DNA from: Moniliella sp. 'wahieum'
Lineage: Eukaryota
Assembly: GCA_003971905.1 (NCBI GenBank)
Contig: RSEE01000019.1
Location: 248,001 to 312,000 of the forward strand
Direction: 5' to 3'
Length of the DNA stretch: 64,000 bases
The position numbers were made by a program, and so were the translations under genes. The notes beneath the pieces were generated by a model. That model did no database searches. It worked only from the letters and a program-made list of their open reading frames with translations, and was not told the origin of the DNA. This document shows positions 51,975 through 64,000 of the stretch, piece after piece (within the stretch, counting starts at the first letter, position 1; each line of letters starts with the position of its first letter).

Positions 51975-52683
51975 TCGATGATTTACGCCACCTTACACAG
52001 TTACGGTCTCACACATAAAACTCGAAGGGCACGGACTTGACACGCAAAACACTATGGAACACAAACAGTATGGAAGGTATTCCGCGTAACTCTTCGCACA
52101 ACTTTAATTGAGCACAGCATCATAGTATTGATGAGAGAGACCTGTGAAGTCCTGATGATCCTCTAGTAGGGTGATACAATCGCACTAACTGTGGTCTTGG
52201 TGTTGGTCTAAAAGCCAATTAAAAACCACGGCAAAACTACGTCTACACACAGAGCGAGAGGGACATTCTCATCTAAACCAGCCACGGTTGCACCACCGGG
52301 CCTGGCTGCGGAACAGGAGGAGATCTTGACCACAAACCATCCGTTTTTGGCTCAATAACTCTGTATACCATAAGATACACCGACGCGTGTGTATGTATAC
52401 TAAAGCTGCTAAAGCGTTATTGTGGCCGACGCATCTTCAGTGGGTGTGAACCCGGTGAACGCCACAGAAAATGGTTGAGATGCGCTCAACCACATGGCTT
52501 CGGAAGAGTCTTTACCTCCTGAATTTTGCAATACCCATGGGGTTATTTCTAGCCCCCTCTGTCTCCGCAAAGACTCTATAGACATCATCCGTGCCACACT
52601 AATATGTAATGGGCAATCTATTCAAAAAGAAAATGAGGGCGCTGATGTGATGAACCTTTGGCAGAGAACTTAGGTTCAAAAAG

Positions 52684-52771
52684 CGAATCCTGCCGGGCTC
52701 GAACCGACGACCATTACCATGACTCTCAGGCGAAGCCGGAAAGTAACACTCTACCACTGAGCTAAGAATCC
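52684..52771 (-). tRNA. tRNA-Arg(CCG) with intron
   Basis: GGATTCT/AGGATTC acceptor, GCTC-AGTGGTA-GAGT D-arm, TTACT-TT-CCG-G-[intron]-T-GGTAA, GTCGG-TTCGAGC-CCGGC, oligo-T terminator. Confidence 0.85.
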
Positions 52772-53734
52772 CTGTACATGCCTGGGTCTGGGCAAGGCAC
52801 ATGTACTTCATGCGTTTCCGTCGTTAATGGATTTAGGAACTAAGTGTCGGAATGGGGGCTTGGTGTGCAAGAGTATGGCTGAGACAGCACGGACAGAAGC
52901 TCACAAAATGCGAAAGACGTATAGGTATTGATAGGATCTGGAGTTCGATCGTCCTAGAGGGTGATGCAATCGCACTAGTGATGGTGGTCTAAGCCAACCA
53001 CTCAGCAACGCCTATAGAAGAACTGCAATGCTGTTATTGCTTGGGGGAGGTGGAGGCCCACACCGTTTCCGCCAAATCAGCCAGGCACCCGGCTCGCACC
53101 CTCTGTTGTGGGCCGGCCTGCACGCGAGGACTCAAAGTAAGCATCCAATATTCCACGGCTGCTACGCGCTACGTGACGAGCACGCGTCGACAAACGCCGC
53201 TCATTAAATGAGCGCGTCGCTTCCCCGCATGTCCGCGGCTTTTGGAACTAAGATTCACTCGAGTCATATGCTGCGCACCGGTAGGGTTGGGACACTGCGC
53301 CTGCGCCGCAGTATTGATGCCCGCACTGGAGCAGCCAGCTGCGGGTGGTGCCTGGCTGCATCTCAATACCCCTCCGTCTATCGGAGTCCGACGTAGCTGC
53401 GGCCGCGCGTCGTCGCTCCCTTTGTCTCTCCACCACCCCCCCCCCGTCCTCCTTTTTGCCCCAACCAGCGCTTACTGGCGACGACGTTCCCCTCGTCGCC
53501 CTCCCGACCAATCCTCTAGCGCGCGCACGCTAGCCCAATCTCGTCTCCGCCCCTTGCCAGTGCTTCACCCCCGTGGTCGCAGTAGTTCACCTTGCCTAAC
53601 CGGTCCCCCTCGCCCACCTTGTCTTCTCACCAGCCCCTCCCGCAACCAATCCCCCCTCCTCTCGCGCAACTTGCGCCTACGCCTGTTGTGCCCTCCTCCC
53701 CTGAAACCGTGTCCACCCATATCGATCACAAGCA

Positions 53735-54968
53735 ATGGCTATCAACCGTTCCCTTTCCTTTCCCCCCGTGGGGGAATCACTCGGCGTGTGCGTCGGTACC
53801 GCTTCGTCCACCCCAACCACCCCACCCCAACTGGGACAGCTTTCCTCCACCGAGCTTCTCGTTCTCGAAGCCTCAAGAGCGATCTTGCTTTCCCGTTCTT
53901 CTTTGACCCACCCCCAATCGCTGAATCGCAGCCAGCGCGGCAGGCTTCCCTCACTAAACATTCCGCCCCGTCTCCGCCTCTGCCGCTACCTTCAGCGACG
54001 TTCTGGACAGCACATCAAAATTGAACCAGTATCGCCCACGATGTTGCCACCTAACACTCTCGCCTCTATGGCCAACGTTTTAGAAGCACCCCAAGACTTA
54101 CACCACTTATTGGACCCAATGATGCCTATGCTAGGTTCCACTTCGTCCCCTCATATGGACCCTTCAATGTCTGCCCCTGCGCCTGTAACTCGCATTGCTC
54201 CTCAAGATGAAACTACAACCTCTCCGCATGAAAGCGAAGATGGCTATGTGACAAGTGCCGATCCCGAGGATGTCTTTTGGGCCTTACCACCGTCCCTTTC
54301 GATCCTAGCGCCAAGTCAGCAGAAGCCCAAGCAGCCATTGCATTTGCCGCTATGTCAACACTTTCTCCTACCCCAGTAGAGGGCAATCGTATTTCTCCGC
54401 AGGTCCCCATTGGTTTCGACTTCTCTTCTCAGCCTACATCCTTTCCCAGCCCTCTTCCTACGTTGCCCCCCATCCCAAATCCCGGATTCTTCTGGACATA
54501 TCTACCTCCGCTTCCGTCTTCGCTTCCAAACGGGGTTCCGGTCTCAAGTACGGATATAGTGATGCTGCCTCTCCCAGTTGCGACTCCTCCTTGGCACCGT
54601 CCAATAAGAAGGGTCAGCGTCGTCCGCGCAAGGCATCTGAACTTCTTCCGGTGGATGCACCGGTTCAAAAACGCACCTATTATGGTGCAAGCCAGACATC
54701 TCGTCGAGACTATGGTCGTACGCATGAGGAGGTGGAGGAGACGTCGCCGAGTACTGCTCCTCCTACCTCTTCGGATCCTGCCGTCTCTGCGCTCTTGGAG
54801 CGAAGGCACAAAAACACGATTGCTGCCCGTCAGTCGCGCCGCCGGAGGGCGGAGGAGCTTTCGCAGCTCAAGGCAGAGAATGAGCGGTTGACGGCTGAGT
54901 TGGCTAGTGCTCGAGCTGCATTAGCTGCTTTTCAGGTTCGCTTTTCGCTTTCGCTTCCTCCCGCTTGA
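53735..54968 (+). CDS. bZIP transcription factor, Gcn4/CpcA-like; start uncertain, frameshifts
   Basis: ERRHKNTIAARQSRRRRAEELSQLKAENERL basic-zipper at C-terminus, preceded by PVDAPVQKRTY..SQTSRR. Confidence 0.75.
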
Positions 54969-55600
54969 TGTGGATTCCGTTTCTGTGTTTCTTAAACTTC
55001 CGTTTGCTTTTCTTTTTCTCTTCTGTTCAACGTTGACCCTTTTGTGCCTCTATCCGATCTCGACCTTTCTGAGCGGTTCTTGTTCCATGTCCTTGCCGCG
55101 TAACAATAATATAAAAAAGTATGTTTCCTTTGACACCTTTGTCATGCTTGGGGATCAACGACGGTCTGGAGGCGCGAGGGGGGGGCAAAGTTGGGCAGTA
55201 GAGGTGGTTCGCGAACAGAGGACGGGACCCAGCTGTGACATGTGACACGGCAGGGGAGGAAAGGAGCAAACGATACTGGCCCTGCGTGCGTGTGAAAGTT
55301 GAAACTGATGTTGAGCGTTCACGTTGGTGCGTCATGCATCCCACTCAGACATCATGCATCACGGGCATTGGCTCGTGCCGGGTGGAGGCGGCTCGGCTGC
55401 CGAGGCTGCTGCCGTTGGTTGTGAGTGGCGACCACTACTTGGCTTCATTAAGGCACTTGGCTTCGAGGTTGTTGCCCAGCGCCCCTTTCTCTCCGCTCAC
55501 CTGCCATCGCACCACCACCACCACTACTACCAACTTCGGCCAACCACCGCCTCCTCCCGTTGCGCTCTCTTTCATCGCTCACTGCAGCCCAGCACCCCGA

Positions 55601-58372
55601 ATGGCCTCTCTGTCGTCTTCATCGCCGCCCCCGCAGTGGTCGTCGCCTTACTCCGCCACCACTCTCCTTCCTTCCTCGCCTGCACCCACATCCGCGCCTG
55701 CACCCGCACCAGCACCAGCATCCGACGCCACATCCGCACCTTCACCTGCACCTGCAGCCGCACCGGTGCCTGCATCCCTAAGTCAGGCGCTCTCCCTCCC
55801 AGACCCACCCAATCTGTCCTTGCCATCTATTGTTCCTCTCTCCAGGTCTTCCTCTGCGTCAAGGGGGGCACCCTGATACCCGCGAACGAACCCACTCGGT
55901 TGATCGGGATCGCCCGCCCACCACCCGCTCCCATTCTCCTTCTCAACCCGCCCGCCCTCGCTCTCACACTGGCCCAGATCCCCGGTTACACCCCGTTTCC
56001 TCCAGCGTGCTTCCCGTTCAGAGCTTGCCTGATGCGGCCGGCCATTCGGGTGATATGAGCCGGGTCCTCATTTCTTTGTTACGCAGAGAAGAGGAGGAGG
56101 GTAGCACACAGGGCACTCCCGATCCCGACACGGTCTTGCGCGAGGCAGTGCCCGCCGTAGGGGGGGCAACAGAGGGCGTGAATGGCCATCTTCGTTGTTC
56201 CATCTGCCTCGGCCTGTTTGTGCGCCCCTACACGGCTGCGCAGGGATGTGGACATACCTACTGCCAGACATGCTTGCTCCGCACTTTTCTTGCCGCGGAA
56301 GAGCGAATCGAGACGCAAGCACGGCAAGAGAGCCAGGCGTTTGTGGATCAAGAGCAACGTTTTCTCCTTGCTTCCTATCGGTCTCGCCCCGAAGATGTTG
56401 AAGAGGAAAGACTACCCCAGCTCCCTTCGCCACCCATGGAAGGCCTCCCACGGGCCAATGGTTCAACCGCTGCAAGGCCCCGAGCAGTCACCAACTGCCA
56501 TGCAGGAGAGGCTACGCATCCTCCTTTCCCTCTCCGTGCCATGCCCGACCTGCCGTGCTCCTCTTACCTTAAATGACCTGGCTCCTTTCCCCCATCGTCC
56601 GCCATATGGTGGACAGCCTACCAGTTCTATGCCCCTACCAAAACGAGGGCTGTGCTTACACTCCTGAACGAAGCGAGCTGTTGGCTCACATGGCGGCCTG
56701 TGTCCACTCCCACCCTGCTACAAAGCATCACGACCACGAACCCGATGGAGAGGAGGGGGGCAAGTCTGTTGCCTGTCCGAGCTGCCACCAACCACTGGAA
56801 GGCATGCCCCTCTCGCGCCACCGCCGGCGAATTTGCTCGCAGACAGAGGTGGTATGCCCATTGTGCCGCGAGAGTGGCATTCTTCGCGGCATGCTACAAG
56901 GCCATTTGACCGACGAATGTGCTTCGGGTCCGGTTCAGTGTCCACGGGCCAAATACGGGTGTTTGTGGGAAGGGAAACGTGTGTTGTCCCGATGGCCTAT
57001 CCACACTCACAGCGGCTCAACTCCGTGATAATATTCACGTCTCTCGCCCTCCCAAACCCGAACATCACGGCCACCCGGGTGCAAGGGATGCACTAGATGG
57101 GGACACCCCTTCTCGTTGCCCAGTTCTCCAGCCCGACCTCTTGGTTCCTCCAAAACAGGGACCAGACTGCAACGGAGCCGCGCCTGTGCGCACCTGGACC
57201 ACATCTGTTTATGATTCTGACACGCACATATGCCCTTTAGCACCTCTTGAGGGCTGGCTTCAGGCGCATCAGCAAGAGATGGACCAGATGAAAATGGAAA
57301 ACGCACTGCTTCGTTCGTCCTTGAAGCAGGTACAAGAAACGTTAACAGGGTTGGCGATCAACTCGGACCGACATGAGGCGGCTCTGAGACCCTTCTTGCC
57401 CCCGCTTCCTACGACTGCAGGCCCTCTGGCCAGTACCAGTGCCAGTTTAGCATCGCTCGTGGACGATTTGCTAGCCCCACCTCCCCCCTCTACCCAGGGC
57501 GTCGGAGGCAACAGACGATTCTGTCAGTTCCTCCCACCTCGGGGCCGTCGCTATGGGTCCTAGCCCCCAATCAAGCCAACAACCGCCAAGTCCGAGCCAC
57601 GACCGCTCCTCCGTCCCGGTCCCGATGCCCATGCGGCACGAAAGAACCAATTCAACGGGGTATGGACCGCGTTCGCCAGCGCGAGGTCAGGGTGCTCTCT
57701 CGGCCTCGGCACCGGCTGTGGTCGATGCGGACCTGCCGTCTCAAGCAGCGGAGTGGGGAAGCTGGACTGGAGCCGAAGCCATGTGGCCCCCGTCTGTTGG
57801 GCGTGTGCCTGCCCTGTTCTCGGGAACACAGGCCAACCAGGTCCTGCTTCGCGCGATTTGGCCCAGGAACTCGCCGAGTTGCGCACAAGCGTTCAGGGTC
57901 TTACCGGCCGCTTGACGATGGGCGAGACGCGGACCGAACAAGTATTTCGTTTGGCCCAAGGCACAAATGCTGAGACGGCGCGTTTGGTAGAAGAAACGGC
58001 GGGACTCGGGAGAATGCTGGGGCCACTGCACATGCAGATGCATCAGGTACGGTACCCCCTGCTCCTCCCCGTTTCTACCCTTGCTACTTGCTAACTTTTG
58101 CCTGCTGTGTAGATTATGATGCAAACTCAACGTTCCTGTCCCCCAATGTTTATGCCACGCCCATCTGGTGTCGAAGCTGCGGGGAATGCACATCCCTTGG
58201 TCGGGCGGCGCGGGGCCGGGGCGACCACCGGGCCCATGGGACCCATGGGACCTACTACTCCCGCAGGGATGGGGCCAGGGTAGGACCGGGAGTGGGCCCG
58301 GGCTCCCTACCACCTACAGCAGGAGCAGCACAGTTCCGGAGATGGACGTTGCTGGACGGGACCAAGCTCTAG
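55601..58372 (+). CDS. RING finger + TRAF-type zinc finger protein; intron about 58048-58111, frameshifts
   Basis: CSICLGLFVRP..CGHTYCQTC..CPTCR; CPYQNEGC..H..C; CPLC..H..C; CPRAKYGC; coiled coils; ends GTKL*. Confidence 0.85.
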
Positions 58373-58755
58373 GGTGGTTGACACTGCCACTGACATGGCC
58401 GCCTTCCACTCCAAGGCGGGACCCAATCTCGTTCATTTCCTTTTGACTGGTTACTCTGCACCTGATTACATCCCTTGGTCTGGGGCTGAAGCTTGTCCAA
58501 GTCCGAAGACCGCATCGATCGACATCTGACCCTGATACCACCCACTCCTGTTCGCTTGTGTGAAGAAGCTCCCCACAAATGCAATGTTCAGCTGGTAATG
58601 ATGTTCATCGATCAGCTGTTGCAGCCTGCCCGCTCTGACTGCGAGTTAAACGTTAAACTGAGCAGCCTGGGCCGGGCTGTTATCTCGGCAGCTTAAATCT
58701 ATTCCGTGCCCATACCATGGGATAGGAATCTCGGAATCGACGGCGGAGACGGCAA

Positions 58756-58992
58756 TGTTGACTGTGATCCTCTGGCTCCAGTCGGTTAGACCAGGTTCGC
58801 CTCGGTTCCATCGGCTTCCACGCTGACGTCCCTGCGTGTCACTGTCCCTGTGCCCTGCACTCTCTCCTGTGTGACTCACTGTCCCTGTGCCTAGTCCAGC
58901 CTCCTATATAGATGCCTCTGTACCCAGACCCAACTCTGGCTCCAATCCATCACCTTCTCCTCATTCTGCCCGTCCGGCTCCCTAGGCCAACA
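58756..58992 (+). repeat. 5' LTR (237 bp)
   Basis: Identical to the 3' LTR except four small indels. Confidence 0.95.
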
Positions 58993-59113
58993 GAGCTAAA
59001 TCTGATCCCCCCGGAAGGGGAGCGCTCTTCAAGCAAGCCCACCCCCAAGCCTACAAGCCCAAGCTAAGCCGCCAAGCCCACAAGACACACCCGTCCTCCC
59101 GCCCAACAACACC

Positions 59114-59189
59114 ACCGCCACAATCGGCACCTTACGCCACAATCGGCATACTACCGCACAATCGGCATACTACCGCCACAATCGGCACA
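59114..59189 (+). repeat. Four-copy 19-20-bp tandem repeat inside the LTR element
   Basis: Core cacaatcggca at 59119, 59138, 59157, 59177. Confidence 0.9.
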
Positions 59190-59906
59190 CTCGTCCCCCC
59201 CAGATGGGGCAATGATTTTTAGGGACAACACACGACGGAACAAAACGTGTCGGGTATCGTCAACGAGACGAAATTCCTCCAACGACAAAACGGCGCAGGC
59301 GAATCGCAGAAAGCGGGGGTGGCTGCTCATCAAGTGCCCACCCACGGCTACACGCCCCGGATTGCCAATTCATCCGGGGCACCTGGGGAAAGGATGGGGG
59401 GGGTGGTCACCCAACTTCTTCCACTCCTCTTTTTCAACAACAAAGAGAACCCAAACAGATCAAGACGGTTGACGCATAGCGCCCGTTCATTTCCCATGCC
59501 CAATGGACCCCACTGGCACCAGGCATGCGGAACCAAACAACTACCAAACGCATCCAATTTTGATGCCAAACGACCTTGGACCGCATTTACTCCAAGTTTC
59601 CAATTTTCTTTCACTACACCTATAACTGGTGCTTTTTACTTTTGCCCACCAAATCGCTTCGGGGCGCAACCCCTACTACTTTTACTTCTAAGACTTCTAC
59701 AAGCATCTGGCGGTCGCACAATACACCAACCACAAGCGCTCGGCTCGTTCAGGTGTCATCCTGGACAGCGGGGGTGTAGGCCAGTCGTGTGGCCATGCAC
59801 AACTCCAGGCCATTCGTCCCGGTTGCCACTCAAGTCCTCCCCTCTACATCCACTGGCAGGAGCTCATCCCACAACCGATGTCTCCGGGTTCCCTGGCCAG
59901 CGGGGG

Positions 59907-60145
59907 TGTTGACTGTGATCCTCTGGCTCCCAGTCGGTAGACCAGGTTCGCCTCGGTTCCATCGGCTTCCACGCTGACGTCCTGCGTGTCACTGTCCCTG
60001 TGCCCTGCACTCTCTCCTGTGTGACTCACTGTCCCTGTGCCTAGTCCAGCCTCCTATATAGATGCCTCTGTACCCAGACCCAACTCTGGCTCCAATCCAT
60101 CACCTTCTCCTCATCCTTCTGCCCGTCCGGCTCCCTAGGCCAACA
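59907..60145 (+). repeat. 3' LTR (239 bp)
   Basis: See 5' LTR. Confidence 0.95.
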
Positions 60146-60238
60146 GGCAACAACCTGGCCGAAGCATTTGAATCGGCAAGCGGAAATGGGTTGGCGGGTT
60201 ACCGTGCTGATGTTTCCTTTGGGGTTTTTGGTCCAGAT

Positions 60239-60245
60239 TGAGTCA
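60239..60245. promoter_or_regulatory. Candidate Gcn4/CpcA (AP-1-type) site TGAGTCA upstream of MET3
   Basis: Exact TGA(C/G)TCA consensus about 480 bp upstream of the ATG; function inferred. Confidence 0.4.
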
Positions 60246-60724
60246 TGTGACGCCCTGAGGCCTGCGGCAGTCTACCAAAGTGGACACGTGTTTGTAATGC
60301 TGAGCTCAGCGGGGCACGCAGGCTAGAGAGGCCACGGGCCGTACGCGTGAGCTCAGGCTGAGCCAGTGATGACATTCTTGTTTTCCGGCTAGGCATGACC
60401 AATGTGCACCGGCCATGGTGGGTGATGCGTAGTCCTGCCAGCCTCCGGGGTCGAACCTCGCCCGGTTGCGTCAAAGGCAGGCACGGCGCCTGCCCGCCCA
60501 GTGTCATTTAACAGCATTTAACAGCACTCCCCCATGCAGGGGCAGTGTATTGCGTGCTAGGGCAATGCCGCCTCCATTTTATTTCCGGCTGTCGCGATTG
60601 GCTTTTCTTCCATCGGGTGTATTTGTGCATTTCGCTCCTCAGTCCGGTCCTCTTCTCGGCCTCGTCTTTCTTTTCTTCCCCCCACCTCCCTCGCCTCCTT
60701 CCTTCACATTTCCACTCGCTCGCC

Positions 60725-62451
<1,727 letters not shown>

Positions 62452-63258
62452 ACTCGCCTAGCCACTTTGTTCCCATGTGTACTCTATAATGTGATGCGCG
62501 TTATCACATGTGCACTGCATGTCATCCCTCTGGCCTCTCTATGTTTGTACAGCGCAATACAGTCCATAGCTGGGAAGAACCCAGTACATAGCCCTCTCTT
62601 CCTTTTCCTTTTTGCGGGTGTGTGGGCCCCCAGAGGTAAAGAAAGATGTGCCCGTCGATCTTTGCGAAGAGGATGGCTGGGTAACTGTTCTAGGCCTTTG
62701 CAAAACGCAAGCAGGCACGTCAAGCTCAAGCCAGTACCTGGGACACATTCCAGATCGTTCTTCCCTGACTATGGCGATACTCGGGGTATCTAAACGACGC
62801 CCTATAAAATAGTTGAACACACCGGAAATGCTACCAGCGAAGAGCCTCTCATTGTGGAGATGGTTGTCGCTCATATACCGCCACGCTCTTTCGCATCGAG
62901 TCGCGTTACATTCGATGCAGAAACGAATGATGGTAGCCTTTGCCTCCTGATTGGGTGGGCGCTAAGCTGAACTCAAAGAAGAGGGAGTTTGAGGGGCCTC
63001 CCTTAGGGGCCCGATGATGGACGCATCACTTTTCGCAAGTCGGCCACAACACTTGCAATGACAACGTAATCATTTTTGAACTGGCCCAAGGCGTCCACCG
63101 ATGTCCACCTGACAGGGCGGAATGGACGGTGACCATTCCGCTGCGGGCCTTGGGGTGTTCAACGTTCAACGTTTCACGTTCAACTACGAAAGTCGTCGAT
63201 GCCTTTCGTCGTCCATTCGGCCTTCCAGCCTGCCCATCACCATCGCCATCTCTTGTCC

Positions 63259-64000
63259 ATGGCGTCCACCCTGTCACTGCCGCCGCCCCAACATGGCGCA
63301 CCGGATGATGCCGACGGGGCGCCGCCGCTCCTCCTCCCGCAACTGCTGCGCAACGCTTTGCCGCTGGCCAGCTCATCCTCCCGCCTCCCAGCATGCGCAC
63401 TCTGATCGACAAGACTGCCCACTACATCGCCCGCAATGGTCCTGGCTTCGAGGAATCCCTGCGAAAATCTGATGCCGAAAAAAAGGAGAATCGCCTCCCA
63501 TTTCTTCTCCCAACTGACCCATACCATGCGTATTTTTCCCGCACACTTGACCGTATTCGCCGCGGCGAGCCTCTCGATCCAGTCGGCATTCCTGGCGCGC
63601 CTGAGGGGCAGGCCTTGCAAGACCCTCCGCTCTTCAGCAACAGCAGCAGACGGAGGACGAGGATTCCGAGGTTCCTCCTCCTCCTTCCTCTCTTACGTCT
63701 GACATCCCGACCACCACAGCGCTCGACTTGTTAGTATCAGCTTCCTGTCCCTCGGGTCCCCACACATTAAGCGTTCCCAATTGCTGACCACTGTTTGGAT
63801 TGGAAACAGAGATGTGATCAAGCTTACTGCGCTTTTTACTGCGACGCGTGGACGCGAATTTGCAACTCATCTGCTCCAAACGGAGAACCAATCATACCAG
63901 TACGAATTTCTGCGCCCCTCCCACTCGCTCCACCCGTTCTACAATCGCTTGGTGGAACAGTACCAGCTCGTCATCGACGCGCCTAGTGCTATCCAAGTCT
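63259..64000 (+). CDS. PRP21: Splicing factor 3A subunit 1 (Prp21), SURP domains; intron about 63731-63809; runs off window
   Basis: PPPSMRTLIDKTAHYIARNGPGFE..FLLPTDPYHAY; DVIKLTALFTA..QYEFLRPSHSLHPFYNRLVEQY. Confidence 0.92.

Larger units (their letters stand above)
58756..60145 (+). mobile_element. Non-autonomous copia-derived LTR retroelement (TRIM-like), 1390 bp, TSD GGCAA
   Basis: TGTTG...CAACA LTRs at 58756-58992 and 59907-60145; GGCAA at 58751-58755 and 60146-60150; PPT AGCGGGGG before the 3' LTR; TATATA in LTR. Confidence 0.95.

Noticed and set aside
52150..52185. Hammerhead ribozyme-like CTGATGA-stem-GATAC
   Set aside because: GAAA core is GATA, stem II closing pair is absent, and the second copy of the element lacks CTGATGA.
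13481..54968. Four transcription-factor genes as a functional cluster
   Set aside because: Interspersed with unrelated housekeeping genes; no evidence of co-regulation or a pathway cluster.
59114..59189. CRISPR-like repeat array
   Set aside because: Contiguous tandem repeats without unique spacers, eukaryotic context, inside an LTR element.

Overview
GC-rich, intron-poor fungal DNA, most consistent with a basidiomycete (Ustilaginomycotina-like; inferred from gene content, short GT..CTRAC..YAG introns and intron-containing tRNAs). Many genes carry 1-bp homopolymer frameshifts that look like long-read assembly errors, so CDS ends are approximate. Host genes: aquaglyceroporin (3' end), Vam7, thioredoxin, uricase, a Usv1/Nsf1-like C2H2 TF, an ankyrin protein, a Zn2Cys6 TF, a FlbC-like C2H2 TF, Mus81, Ost2/DAD1, Cox6/COX5A, Dph6, a Gcn4/CpcA-like bZIP, a RING-TRAF protein, Met3, Prp21/SF3A1 (5' part), two hypothetical proteins and three tRNAs. 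Mobile DNA: a 3.4-kb P-element-like DNA transposon with perfect 51-bp TIRs and a TSD, a young 1.4-kb non-autonomous copia-derived LTR element (TRIM-like), three fragments of a CRE/SLACS-type non-LTR element, and decayed Ty3/gypsy, copia and LINE relics. The most striking unexplained signal is an intergenic grammar of different 6-bp A....T palindromes tiled at a 7-bp period around TNA triplets.
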